A stretch of 64,000 nucleotides of DNA, taken from assembly GCA_013239625.1 (NCBI GenBank), contig MU057356.1:22664043-22728042 (forward strand), given 5' to 3'. Shown one piece after another: positions 28,710 through 41,669 of this stretch (the stretch's first letter is position 1; every line of letters starts with the position of its first letter). Source of the stretch: Lama guanicoe (lineage: Eukaryota). Position numbers and translations under genes: made by a program. The notes under the pieces were generated by a model that saw only the letters and a list, made by a program, of their open reading frames with translations, was not told where the DNA came from and made no database searches.

Positions 28710-30199
28710 TATTAAAATTTTTAGTTGACAAAATTGTTTTAATTTGATATTATGTTAGAGGAACAACAATTTCTTGGTACTATCAACTACCAATTGCTTC
28801 TACACTGTAAATCTGCAATACAAGTAGTTATTTTCCAGGACAGTTCTGCTAGTCTCAGAGACTGCTAATAGTGATGTTGCCACCCAGGTATTACATGCTT
28901 TTTTTCTCTCTAGTAGTAATTTACTAAGATAAAGACTTATCTTCTCTTATCACCTACCAGAAGAAATAACTGTATTGAACCAATGCCACAAACTGAAGCT
29001 TTGGGCACAGCTTTAAGAAAATGCTTTCTGAGTATTTTTAGAAACCAACTTCAAATTATCCTACATAGAATTAACAATTTCCACAGTCATAATGAATTAT
29101 TGCAGAATAACTAATAAAATACTGCATACTTACAAATTGCTAGAATTTGGACATGTAAAGCACATAAGTAGATTTTCACTTTGTATCTGGATGCTTCCTT
29201 ATATTTCAAAGGGAATATTCCATTATTAATAATAAACTCAACTAGTGTGTCCTGTCTGTTTAACTGCCATTACACTGGTTAGATTTTATTGTTCTATGGT
29301 GGTTCATATTATTGTTGATCAGAAATATTGTCAGAAATACTAAAAACCATAAAGGCCTTCCAAAGGCTAAGATTAAAGCCCAACTCAAAGAGAACATTTT
29401 GGTCAAATCTTTAGGTTAATATTAAACTGTGTAAGACTGGGCAGTTTTCCTACCTTTTGAAGCTTTCTTTTCTTCATCTGAGAAAGGGAGACATCACTCC
29501 TTCTTTCCACCTCTTGCTAGGTTGTTGTAAAGAGCTAGACAATAAATCTAAGTCCTTGATGAATGGTAAAGGTCTATGTATACACAAAGTGCTATTCTTA
29601 ATTATTTCAGAAGTGCTAGCATATCTCCTGTTATACAATCATAAGGACAGGAGCAGTGTGTTGGTGTAATTGGTACTTGTAGATGCTTTATTCCTCAAAA
29701 TCTCTGTGCCAGGAACCCCATCATTAAGCCATCCTTTGCGGTACTCAGTATGTCCCTTTCTTCCCCCAACACAACCAGCCCTCTTCCGGGCCCAACCGCC
29801 TCCTGCCCCATCTATGTAATTAACCTCAGTAACACTCTCCCTTTCTCTGGGCCCCTGTTCGGTCCAGAACATGTCAGGACCAGATTCATTTTCCAAAAGA
29901 TTTTTATCATGTCATCTTAAACTCAAATCCTGCTCCCCACTGCATACTAGATAAAGTCTTAACTGCCTTTAAAGTTCTTTGCAGTTTGGTTCCAACCTAC
30001 ATTTAGAATCTTACTACTTTCGTACCCATTCCCTATGAGCCAATCAAATCTTTCATTTTCCTGTCATGTGACTTTCTGCTTTTCTGAGTCACCATCTCTC
30101 TTTACTCTGTGACTTTGACATATAACACGCTTGTCCTCCTCTCTTGCCCACAGAATTCCTGTCCACCATTTCAAGCTTATGCCACAGTCATAGCTTATA

Positions 30200-31360
30200 C
30201 AACACATACATGTGTGTTTGTAAGTAACTATCTATAAATAAATTTTGTTTCATTCCTATTATATAAACAATACAGGCTCTTTTTAAAATTAACTCAATAT
30301 ATAAAACTAAGAGAAAGAAAATAAAAATTACTTGGACTCTCAATCTTGAGACAACTACTATGAACATTCTGGTGACTCCTATGTTTCTATATGTATGAAT
30401 ACACACATGTATTTATCTCAGTATATAAATGAGATAAAATTATACCTGCTATTTTTTATCATATTCACTTTTAGATGTAAATAAAAGTTTGATTTTGTTT
30501 TGTTTATTGCATAATTTCCTCCTTATCCTCTTCTTCCACCATTTCATCCAACAAACTCAACCAGGTACTCAGTCTTAAAAGCTTGCTGAGTATTTTCCCA
30601 TGTCTTTCTTTATGCTCATGTCATCATATGTGTACTCTGTTATTAACATTCAAAGTAGACTCATAAACACATGATGGAAATTCTTCCACTTAATATAGCA
30701 TTAACCTACTAAAACTTATTTTATCTCTTCACACAGCCACAAATAAATATAATTTTATATCAGTGCAGGTTTATTCTCATAGTTATACTTTTTCATGCCG
30801 TCTTTATTTACATTTTGTTCTTTTCTTTCTTTTCTTTTTTTTTTTTTTGGCTTGCATTCTCTTCCTTAAAGTCATCCCTTTTGATGGCTGCATAATATTA
30901 CACACACACACCACACTTTATTTCCCTGCTGATAGCTATTCATTTTGTTTCCAGATTTTTTTTCACTGAAACAATACTACAGTAACAATGTATGTGTATG
31001 CTTGATTTTAATTTGATGGATTAGATTTCTAAGTCAAAGGAAACACATATCCTTAATTTTAATCATATTAACAAATTGCTTCTAAAAAGGCTGTAGAATT
31101 CGTATTTCCAGTAGCAATGCATGTATGAGAATGTTGTCTCCTCATCTTTATAAATTAATCTGAGTCTTATCTGAAAGTTAATGTAATTCTCATTGCTGTT
31201 TTAATTTGCATTTCTATGTATACAGCAGAGGATGAGAATCTCTTCATATATATAATGATCATTTGGATTTCCTCTTATGTGAATTGCTTATTCTTACCCT
31301 TGCTCACATTTATACTGGGTTATCTTTTTCTAACTAATATGTAAAAGCAATTTGCATGTT
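30200..31360 (-). mobile_element. Old L1M fragments
   Basis: T-rich antisense ORF2 3' motifs (ctcattgctgttttaatttgcattt); resumes after the LTR at ~31935-32090. Confidence 0.65.
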
Positions 31361-31361
31361 A

Positions 31362-31934
31362 CTGTAGTAGGCAGCCTTCCAAAAAGTCTCCCAGTGACTT
31401 TGCATCCTGGTATTCATGCTCTTGTGTAATCCCTTCCTCTGAGTGTGGGCTGGACCTAGTGATTTGCCTCTAAAGATTAGTATACAGCAAAAGTGATGCG
31501 ATACCACTTCTGTGATTAGGTTACAGAGACCATGACTTCCACTTTGCTAGTACTCTCTCTATGGCTCTTCTCATATGCTTGCTTAGATGAAGAGGACCAC
31601 CTGGCATGCAACTGAGGTGGCCTGCATGCAACTGAGGTGGCCTCCATCCAACAGCCCATAAGAAACTGAGGCCCTTATTTCAACATTTCTCAAGGAAATG
31701 AATCCTAAAAACATCCACATAAGCTTGGTAGCAGATTTTTCCCCATTCAGGCCTTCAGATGAAACTGCAGCCTGCCTGACATCTCAACTGGAGCTTTGTG
31801 AGGAACCCTAAAGCAGAGGACCCAGTTAGTTTGTGCCCAGATTTCTAACCCACAGAATCTGAGTCACAAATGTGTATTATTTTAAGCTGCTAAGTTTGGG
31901 GGTCATTTATTTTGTAGATTTAAATAACCAATAC
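31362..31934 (+). mobile_element. ERVL-MaLR solo LTR (MLT1E/F-like)
   Basis: TG...CA ends, tcctggtattcatgc and taagtttggggg...aataca motifs; internal ~20-nt tandem duplication near 31604-31643. Confidence 0.8.
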
Positions 31935-32676
31935 AATTAGTTATGCTAAATTTTCATTGGATTATATATATTGCAAATATGCTTCCTGATTTTTTATTTA
32001 TTTACTGACTCTGTTTATGATATCTTTTTCCATGAGGATTAAACATTTTATATAATTTAATGTGTCCATTCTTCTCATGGCTTTTAGATTTGATGGAGTG
32101 TTAGGGGTAGGGTCAGGGTTAGAGTTGGGTTATTAGTTTACTCTAACTTGCTAAGGATGTAAGTAGTGTAAACATGTTAGCTACAGGTTTTGTTCAAAAT
32201 AAGTTCTTTTCCTAGATTTCAGGTTAGCAAAAAGTTTCCCAGTTATTCTCTAGTTCTTGCTTTCTACTGTAATTTTAAAAAATTAGATAAACATCTTTAG
32301 GTGCATTTATTAGGTAATAAAGTAAGTCACTTTCTCCTGGAAAACAGTATTACTCTCTATGTTGTAGCTGGTCACAGCATACATAGGGGGGTTAAGTTAT
32401 AAAGTCAAAGAGCAAAGTGATAATTATGTTTTCTCAAAGTAACCCTTGAGAATTCCTTAAGTTGAACATAGAGTAGAATATAGGTGGTTTGGTATGTATG
32501 TGCCCCTCAACGGCAGCATGTATATATCCATGTGTAAAATATATAGTAATCAGGAGGACACAAAGTGTACACATGCAAAATATAACTCTACAGTATTTTT
32601 AATTATGGGATAGCAAGGTAAGGAAAAAGAAGCATTTAACAAGGTGGGGTGAGGAATAATGATGCTGAATACTCAC

Positions 32677-33091
32677 CAGGCATCCTGGATATTCTTGCCT
32701 GGCTCTGATGGTAATAATGTTGACTCACCGCAATTACTGATGCCGACAATAGTGATGAGTTCAGCGTCTGTGTGATGAGGAATGAGATAATGAAGACGGG
32801 TGTTCTACACACTCCAGGGATTCGTGTTCCTCCTCCCCAACAACACTGTTACAGGTCATATGAGCAGTGAAGAGACTGCCAGGCAGAACTGTTCATAATA
32901 CTTAAATCGTTATTTTCTCAGCACTCACTTTTGTTCCTGTTCTCTCTTTAGAGGCTTATATACCATTGATTTCATGGAAGTCGAATACACATTTATGCTT
33001 TTCCAGTGTATTGGGTTTGAGGAGTTCAGCTGACTCCAAATAATAGTTGGCTGACTGATTTCAGTGTTGGTGGCATCAATGGGGTTGCATC
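32677..33091 (-). pseudogene. FN3 remnant 3 (exons 33091-32929 and 32845-32677, 83-nt intron)
   Basis: PLMPPTLKSV...GVS*TP (TGA at the expected Trp), VYKPL; FIISFLITQTLN / ITIVGISNCGES..PSEP; both donors gtgagt. Confidence 0.75.
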
Positions 33092-33834
33092 CTACGACGT
33101 GAAAAATCACAAAACTCACTTATGGTAGACAGTAATTGGTGGGGAATTTGCTTTTGTTGTTTGTTTTATTTTGTTTGGTTTTAATTTCTACTCAGTAGGA
33201 GGGAAACTGATTTATACTTTATGGTTATACATGGAAACCTGAATTAATTGATATTATATTGCTACAATAACTTATCCCAGGATTTTTTTTTTTTACCTCT
33301 TATGAATTAGCATGCTAGGCTGCTGCCCATGTGACCTGAAGATGAGGCAACAGTCAATGCAAGGTCCCTGAGATGTGGATATGTGATGCAATGGATAAAA
33401 CCTATGGAACATCTGATCTTTCATAGGAGCAGGGCCTCCTTTCCAAATGTTAGGAGCAAAGCTGGAAAGGGATATGAGAGCTGGTTGGTGTAGAGATTTG
33501 GAGAGTTCCAATTTGATGATGTAAGTGAGAGAGGGAGAAGTTTGGGGAGAATTTTCAGGAGAAATGGGAATGTGAATTGACCAGAGAAGCACAGAAGATG
33601 GCCAGACTGTTCCACTTCTAAACAGCTGAAGATGGGGACCCTACTTTTCAGGAGACAACAATCTGTCCAGAGTGGGGACTTTCTATAGTCATGTAGGAAG
33701 GAGCCAGAGGAGGCCTTTATCTCAGGAGAAAATATTTAGGAAGGACAATAACAGAAACCTGAGGGGAGAATAAACTTACAAAGACTAAGGAGTTAAAATA
33801 TGAAGATAAGGTTGACAAGAAGTGAAAAGAATAC

Positions 33835-34358
33835 ATTCCTAAGGCACTGGGGCCAGGCCATGGGTGTTGAGGCCCTGAGGGTCCTGATCAAGTGGAGCCC
33901 CAGTGATCGTAAAGCTGCACGTATCAGTGTAACCAAGAGCAGCTTAATTTTATGCTGAGAACTTATATCAGAAATTCTTACAGCCTGTTGCCCTAGGTTC
34001 TTCCTACTGGAAATGTTAGTCAGGAATTTTATGACCCCAAATTGTGGTTTCTGTTGTACTTTTGAACACAGAGAAGGCTAAGCCACAACAGGGTAACTTG
34101 AGGGGGAAGAGTCCTATTTCCTCATGAGAACAGAGGGGCCTGTAACGAGTGGTCCACTTCTACTTTACACAGCATTTTAACAGGTTAAGTCATGCCCCAA
34201 GCAAGTTCCCAGGGAAGAGAGCCATGGCTGTGTGACTCACCCGGGAAAAGCTGATGCCAGGCATGCTGGAACAGACGTCTCACCTACAGACAATGGTCAG
34301 TATATTCCAGTCAAGACTCAGGAAAGACATGTGAAGAAGACCTCTACTTCCCTTGGCC
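33835..34358 (-). pseudogene. FN3 remnant 2 (exons ~34358-34241 and 33954-33835)
   Basis: PREVEV...L / W; donor CGG|gtgagt; TCSFTITG....QGLNTHGLAP. Confidence 0.55.
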
Positions 34359-35559
34359 CAGAACACAGAAGTCAATAAACATCTTTACTTTTAATAGATG
34401 GAAACCAGGAAACCAGGTACTAGCTTTAATTCTGACACTTACTTTCTATGGGACTGAGAGAAAGTTCTTTCACTGAGAGGCTAAGTGATACAATGGTTTC
34501 GTTCTTAGACTCTATAAAGTCTCACTCCCTGAGTCCGATCTACCATCTCCGTATATTATAATAGCTATGTGACGATGGGACAGTTATTTAAGCACTTGTG
34601 TCCTGATTTACTCATTGACAGAAACCAGAAATAATAATATGGGTTGTAGGCACGAAGTGAGATCGTACTTGCTAAAGCACAGGGCTTGGTGCAAAATAAG
34701 CTTTCACTAGAAGTTGACTCTTGCACAGACCTGTTTTGTCTTCTGTAAAATGAAGTTTTGGGACTCATATCGTTTCCAACTCTGAAGCTCTATGATTCTG
34801 TGATGGAAATGAATTTTGGTTATTGTTTCATAGCTAGGGTCAGCAAACGTTTTCTGTAAAGATCTAAGTAGCAATATTTTTGGCTTTTCCTGTTATCCAG
34901 TCTTGATCATGACTGCCCAACTCTGACACTGTAATGTGAAAAGAGCCATATACAATATTTAAAAGAACAGGCATGGCTGTCTTCCAACAAAACATTATTG
35001 ACAAAACTAAGCCATGGCCTAGATTTGGTCCAAGGGAAGCAGTGTGCTGAACTCTGTTCTAGAGAATAAAAAACTATGGAGAAAAGAAGTGAAAAGCAAT
35101 CTGGGACAGAAAAAGGACATAGGAAATCACATACTGCAAAACTGTGTAAGTTTATGGCACATTTATTTAGTTCAAAAACCTTTTTTGTGTTGAGCATATG
35201 AAAGAAAGCAGATGTTCCACAACAAAGGTGGATAATAGAAATACAATCAACAGCTTTCACGAGCTTAAACTTATAAATATTTAACCAGCATAAATATGTA
35301 AAGTAAGTGAAACGCAAAACAGTGCCTCAGAAATTACTGTTTGCTATGATTTGAATGAAGACAAAAAGGTAGCAATCATGCAGAAAGCATGAGAAGCCTA
35401 GGTTGCAGCAAAAAGCTAATGTTGTTTTTGAGTCCATAATTGAGGAGACAGTTATGCATTAAACTGGCTCAAACACTTGCAGGGTGATTGCTCAACCTTC
35501 AAATCACATTTGATCTGATCTGGTCATCTGAATATTACAATGACTGGATTGTGGGCTGT

Positions 35560-36615
35560 TTTCCTGATTAAATTGGCTCAGTGACTAACCACTCAGCAAT
35601 TAGGCCATCATGGCACCTGGATACCTTAACAAAGAATATCAAACTCTATGGTAGTCATATTGTACCTGTGAGCACAACCTGAAATTAAGGCGAGGAGAGA
35701 AAAAGAAGAAAAACACAATGAATAAAAAAAGAGACACAACAAGAAAGGAACAAATGAAGAGATTGTGATGGAACAGCACAGATGAGCCCAAAAGCCTCAG
35801 GGAAACATTCACTTGGGGGAACTGTGGGAAATCACACACTGTAGCAACTACCACTCCCATCCATACATCCAGTGTAGACATCCCTGTTCCCCAGGCCCTT
35901 CCACAGGTGTCTTTATGTCACAACTGCCTTTCTCCTCTTTTCCAGGTCTCTCCTAGGTGGTTCTCTTAACTAGATTTTATGCATTTATAAAAGAGCAAAC
36001 AGGATAATATTTGAGCAAATAATTGACTTGCAGTATTTTTCCACCTTCTTATTTCAAGCATTCTAATAGTTTGCTTACATTCGGGACTTTGTTCAACAGA
36101 AAACTTGAAATCAAAGGCCTTTCCTGTCTTTTGTGAAAGCTTCTGAAGAAATTGTGCCAAGTGTCCCATAGAGGAAAGAGAGAACAGATGGTGACTTTCA
36201 AGGTGGGGAGAGATTTCCTAAGATGGTGAAAGATGAAGGTCAGAGAGTCTCTCCAATGGTAGAGATCACACATTCCTCCTTGACAGACACCTGAGGAAGG
36301 GAAGAAACCCCAACGACACCTGTAGAGGGCATCTGGGAAAGATGGCCCTGGATAGATGGGGCTCTATTCCTATCTAAGATTCCAGAATGAATCTGAGGAT
36401 GGCTGCTGGGGCTGATGGCACCAAATGGACTGAAACAACATGCCTCTCAGCAGCGACCAGCAAGGACCATGGCTGACCAGAGGAACCAACCTGTTGCTTG
36501 AGTAATACATAAGTTCCTTCGCACAGGCCTTGAAGGTGGGGAGTCCCAGTAATGACTGAATTGAAATTTCCCTCCAGCCTTGAGGGAGGAGGGCCCAGGA
36601 CAGATTTGAACTGAT
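35560..36615 (-). pseudogene. FN3 remnant 1 (exons 36615-36491 and 35678-~35560)
   Basis: CPGPSSLKAG...YWDSPPSRPVR / YVL; VVLTG..LP*SLIFFVKVS..DGLIAEW; very long polypyrimidine tract before 35678. Confidence 0.65.
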
Positions 36616-37059
36616 CTAAAGATATGAAGAAACATAATGATTCTTGTAAAATGGCATCTGTGGGCCGATATTCATGTACTAACAAATGTCTGGGAAGGGG
36701 GTGGTGGGAAAGAGGAGGGCCTCTCGTATTCTCCTTGGAACAGTCTCCGACTCAGCCCCAGCAAGATCCCTGGGGGACATATTAGGTGTGTGGAGGCAGC
36801 GTGACCACAGTGGCTGAGAATGAGCAGAGGGCTGCCTTATAAATCCTTCAACGGGTAAATGAGTGCCCAGAAAAACAGAGGGTGGGTGGAGTAACATAAT
36901 TAAAAACAGCTGAACCAAGAAGTGGGCCTCATTTTTTTCTGAACTAAGAATGAGTAAAATGTCTTTTCAAGAACCGGGTATAAAAACAGAACCAGGAGAT
37001 AAAGAAAACACACTATATTTAGTTGTTCGCACAACACACACACCCAGCTAATATAGTAC

Positions 37060-37257
37060 CATGTGCTGCATGCAGAAAACCTCCTCCTCCTGTCCTGTTC
37101 AGAACTTGTCTGGTTGTGTGACGATCCAGCGCTGGGAGGCTGGGGAACAAAGGCTTCCTGACCTAGGGAGGGACCTTAACAGCCTGTGAGCCCATCTCAC
37201 AGGGAAGTGTAACCTCTCAGGGGGCTCAGTGTGGACTTCTGGCTGCAAAGGCTGTGT
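37060..37257 (-). pseudogene. Last N-terminal Ig-like remnant
   Basis: EVTLPCE in the phase-1 frame; EQD / VFC downstream. Confidence 0.5.
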
Positions 37258-37568
37258 CTTTTTGAGAAAAGCACACGGAGTGCAGGGAAAGAGGGGGCTG
37301 CGGCCCCAGCAGGCCAGGTGAACTGGGGCCGCACTAGCCATGTGCATGGCCCCTGCCCTAGGCTCATCTCACACCCAATGTCTCACCCAGCTCTTCTTTC
37401 AGGGAGAATGAACGGATCCAGGGAGTGAGTCACTAGCCTAATGGTGTCAGCTTCATCATTATTCTAAAATGCTCCACTTGTATTCTGAGTTGAAAGTGAT
37501 TCCCTCCAAGCAAGCTGTAGAGCAGTCATTTGAACAAGGTTCTATGGACCCAGAACTCACCTACTTAC

Positions 37569-37895
37569 CTCCTCTTTTTAACAGTGTGTTCCACGAGCAC
37601 GGCAACGGTGGCTTTCCCCTGCCTTCCCCAGATGTGGCACCAGCTGTAAGCACCATGGCTCTAAGCCACCGCCATCTGTTAATGACCAAATACGGTTGAT
37701 GAGAATTTATTTTTAACTGTCACATAAAGGAAGAAGGGAATCACATAAGGGAGAAAAAGAGTCCTTTGAGAAATAAACAATTAAGAGGGGCAAATACCTG
37801 GCACCTAAGAAATCCAATTTTACCTTTTGTTATATCAATATAACCACTGTGAAGTCTCAGTTCTGAGGTAGGGAGTCCAATAATCTGGACAGGCT
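37569..37895 (-). pseudogene. Ig-like remnant (exons 37895-37798 and 37716-37569, 81-nt intron)
   Basis: EPVQII...IDITKGKIGFLRCQ; YLVI / AVA*SHGAYSWC...GKATVAVLVE; phases 1-0-1 consistent; donor GAG|gtaagt. Confidence 0.75.
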
Positions 37896-38101
37896 CTGAA
37901 AAGAGGGATCCAGACAAAACCACTGGTTAATTTTTATACAATTACATGAATTAAATGATAATAGGAGAAAACATCCATAAAGGTGAAAAGACAACACACT
38001 GCATCTTTCCTATTTGAAAAATTATGCATCCTCTGTACACCAGAATTAGCTGTACTAATTAGCAAATACTGGGTTATTAAATTCTCTTTCCTTATGCACA
38101 C

Positions 38102-38870
38102 ATTCTTTTTTTTCCTACAAAAATTGATTGCCATGGATGCGGTCTTGAAATCCCTGTGGTTTCCAAAATCCTGTTCAAAAGAAGCAATACATTTTCCTGT
38201 TCCTGCAGTGTGAGCCAAGCAAAAACAGAGGAACTGAGTCAAATCATTCCATTTCCTTTTTAATAAAATTAGTACACTGTTGGATTAGCAAAAGGCCATT
38301 GACATGGTCTATCTTTTGTTTTTGGTTTAATCATTCAGTCAATAAGCATTTAATGAGCATCTAATATGTCCCAGGCCCTGGGAAAGCAGAGGTCAATCAA
38401 ACATTGGTCCCTACCCATATGGAGCTGAATTTAGTAGGGTAGGTGGACGCATCAACAAAGAATTGGGATAATATTTTGAAATACTATGAGAAGTCTTTTT
38501 CTTTCTTGGAAGATCTTTTCTACCTTGTGATTCTTCCACCATTTAACTAGACCAAGAGACCAAGGCTGATTGCCCCAAAGAAAAGCCACAAAAGGATCCA
38601 TTCAGAACAAGAGTCCAATTTCTGGCTGAGAATATAAAAAGAAAGCCTTGAAAGCTTTCACTTCTGAGAGTCTGGAGTTTGGGGGAGGAGGGAGCTGGGT
38701 GTTAGCTTTTGTTGCATTTACTTATTTATTTTTGAATGCTAAAACCTTGGCTCTGACTCAGTAGAGTCAAGCCTGAAAGACTAGCCAGTTTCTACCCTAA
38801 ACCAGGGAATGGGACCAAATGCATGATGACGCAAGAACAGCTTTCCAGCTCAGAGGAGACAATGCCTTTT
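38102..38870 (-). pseudogene. Ig-like remnant (exons 38870-38796 and 38202-38102)
   Basis: AGKLFLRHHAFGPIPWFR; ENVLLL...ETTG / MAINF / VG; good polypyrimidine acceptors. Confidence 0.6.
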
Positions 38871-39433
38871 CTGAGGAGGAGAAGGAGCTTTGAAAGGATG
38901 AAGAAAGGAGAACTAGAGTGTTGAGATGCAAATGTGGAGTCTGCTGAAACCCCTGCATGGGGGTGGAGGGTGTGGGTCAGAGTCACCAAGAAACATTAGG
39001 GATCTGAATAGAGGACTAGCCCTGCTGACCTTCTCTTTGGTTGTTGCCCATGCTCAGCCCCTTAAATATTTTTAATAGTGTCCTTACACTGGAGAACGTG
39101 GGTGGTTTTGTTCTGGGGTGTCATATATGACCTGCAGTTCTGAGAGAACTCCAGTGAGGATGAAGAGGAGGGACGGGGGGCGGGGGGAGACCAGAGAACT
39201 GGAGCGAACTTAGAGGCCATTGCCCAGGTTCAGCAGGGGAGCAGCCCAGTCCAGGAGTAGCAGGGCTTTCCTGCTTTACGGAGGTTTTCTTCTGAGGGAG
39301 ATGGAGGAGAGGAAGGGTTGGGGATTGCTCCCAAGATTCTAGCCCATGGGCCGGATGGTGGAGCCATCAACCAGGAGAATATTGAGGATTAGGAGTGGGT
39401 CAAGGAAGGAAGAGAGTGAGTTGGATTTTCAGC

Positions 39434-40025
39434 TGAGACCAAGCAGGACCCTGCAGGCCCCCACCTGCACCCTAGCCTCTCGTTTATAGAAAAGCTGAGG
39501 TCTCCCAGGCCTCCCTGAGTCATAAAAGAGCAGGCTCCAGCAGTTGATGACTAGGATAATAGAGTCACAGACTCAGTGTCTGATGCACATTCCTGAGCTG
39601 TTTTACAGACACTATAACTGCCACCAGAGGGAAAAAACTAACTGCATGATGATCAGATGTCTTCTCTGGCCTTCCCTTCAGTAATCTCACGAAATGTTAC
39701 TGAGGCTGAAACCCACCAGCACCGTGAAAGTTGACAATTGCCATGACAACAGCCAGAAAAGCCTGTATGAGGACTGGACACCCAGAACAAGGACATGATG
39801 GCAGAAGTCTCCAGTAAAAGCCCACATGGCCCGACCTGGAGCTGGAGCTATCCTGACTGGCCTTCTTCTGATGGCCACCTGCTTGAGCACTTTCTTTCCT
39901 TTTCCTCTTTTGAGCAATAAAGCAGCCTGCCTTTCCCTTGGCACCTCTGCCTCTGCTGAGAATTCTTTCTCAATGGGTGGGCAAGGACCCACACTTTGGT
40001 GGGCTTCCCAATCTATCTGCTAACA
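39434..40025 (+). mobile_element. ERV-type solo LTR
   Basis: tgagacc...taaca ends, AATAAA near 39916, U5-like gaattctttctc; TSD not evident. Confidence 0.6.
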
Positions 40026-40149
40026 ATCCAGGCATGTTAAAAAAAATCCCTGAGAGCTTGGAGAAGGGTGAACTGGTTGGCAGAGCGGGAAGGAGGGATC
40101 TGAAGCTAGTGGAACAAATGGACCCACTGTGCTTATTAAAGAAACGTGA

Positions 40150-40540
40150 TGCCTCTCAGAGGGGTCTCTGGGGTTCTACTGGAGGCTCAGCCCTTGGCCT
40201 ACTGTTTTTCAAGAACTTGGCGGTAGATACAGAAGACATACTCATCAAACTGGTGTAGGATACAAATTCTGAAGATATAGCTACTACAATACATGAAAGA
40301 ATGAAAAATTCATAAGGCTGAAGTCAAGTGTCTGAAAATAACAGGATGACACTGAATAGAATAAATAGAAAGTCCTGCACTTAGGTTTCAAGCAAAGTGA
40401 ACAGCACAGTTAGAAAATGTGAAGGCCTGGCTTGGCAGCTGTTCTTCTGAAAATCATGGGGATTTTAGTTTTCTTAAAGTTACTGTGAATCAACAGTGGG
40501 ATGCAGCCACTTAAAGGCAGCCCAATCTCTAGGTGTGATG
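40150..40540 (+). mobile_element. CR1/L3 reverse-transcriptase fragment
   Basis: GSALGLLFF...LIKL and aaagtcctgcacttagg...caacagtgggatgcagc motifs. Confidence 0.7.
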
Positions 40541-41669
40541 CAGCAGATTTGCGAAGACCTAATTCCTAGCAAGATGCCTCAGTTTTCCCAAGCTAAAACC
40601 TTTTTGGGGGAAGAAAAATAGTTCAAAGAAGTCACAGATGGAAAAACTAAGGCTTTTGGTCACCCATTCCAAACACTAGACAAGGAACAGCTCCTCACTG
40701 GTGACTTCATGTCCCCAGTTGAGCCATCACTGCATCCAGAGACAGCTAGTGCTCACTGACTATCCATGTGCTCTCCTGCATTTTCCAGGGGCAGCTTTCA
40801 CTTGGGCTGAGAACCTGTGACTGAGTTCTGGCAGTCAAGAATGAGAGCAGATGTGATATGGCCCCTCTGGACCCAGGTTCTGAACTCTCAGCATGCCTTC
40901 TCCGTCCATCTCCTCCCCTGAAGGATGAGTTCGGAGTCACACTTTGAACTGCTGGCAGCACAAGATGGAGACAGCCTGGACTCTTGAGTCACTGGATGAC
41001 TTCATGTGAGAAGAAATAAACTTTTGTGGCTGTTAAGCCCCTGAGATTTATGGGTATGTTCTGCTGCTGCCTGTATCACAACCTAACTGTAATAGTGTTC
41101 ACCCTTGAGCATCCCTGGTCTCTGCTAAGGTGTGTCAATGGTCCGTAGCCACTGTATTCCTCCTTAGGGAATTTTTGGGAAACTCAGCCTGAGGCTGCAG
41201 CTCAGTGGCGTTTGATGGATAAATGCTACAGTCACACACAAAGGGAAAGCACTGTTCTAATCAAGATAATTTATATTTCAAGGAAAGTACCAATTGATTC
41301 TAAGGCATAAAGACATTCATTTACGAAACTCACTACATCTCCTGGGTTTCCCCATAGAATATTCTTACATAGGGTGAGGGTTTTGACTAGATGCCAGCCA
41401 AAGTCCCTTTCAGTTCTATGAAGTAAAGCTGACATAACATAAGGACCAGAGGAAATCTTAGAGTCCATCTAACTGGACCAAATGCCAGACTTTATAGATG
41501 AGGAAACTGAGCCCAAGAGAGGTTAAGATATTTGTCCCAGATCCCTTTGATCTCCTGAATTCCATGTTCAGTGCTCTTTCCAGTAGTATATTGCCTTTAA
41601 AGTATGGTATTTAAAAACAAACCAGTAACAATAACAAAGCCCCTCCTGATTCTCTTTATCTTAAAGGTA

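Noticed and set aside
32101-32131. Interstitial telomere-like repeat
   Set aside because: Only about 5 degenerate units; too short to support
32677-33091. Class II cytokine receptor or FNDC5-like single-FN3 gene
   Set aside because: Initially suggestive, but the many upstream Ig remnants and multiple FN3s fit an IgSF adhesion molecule better
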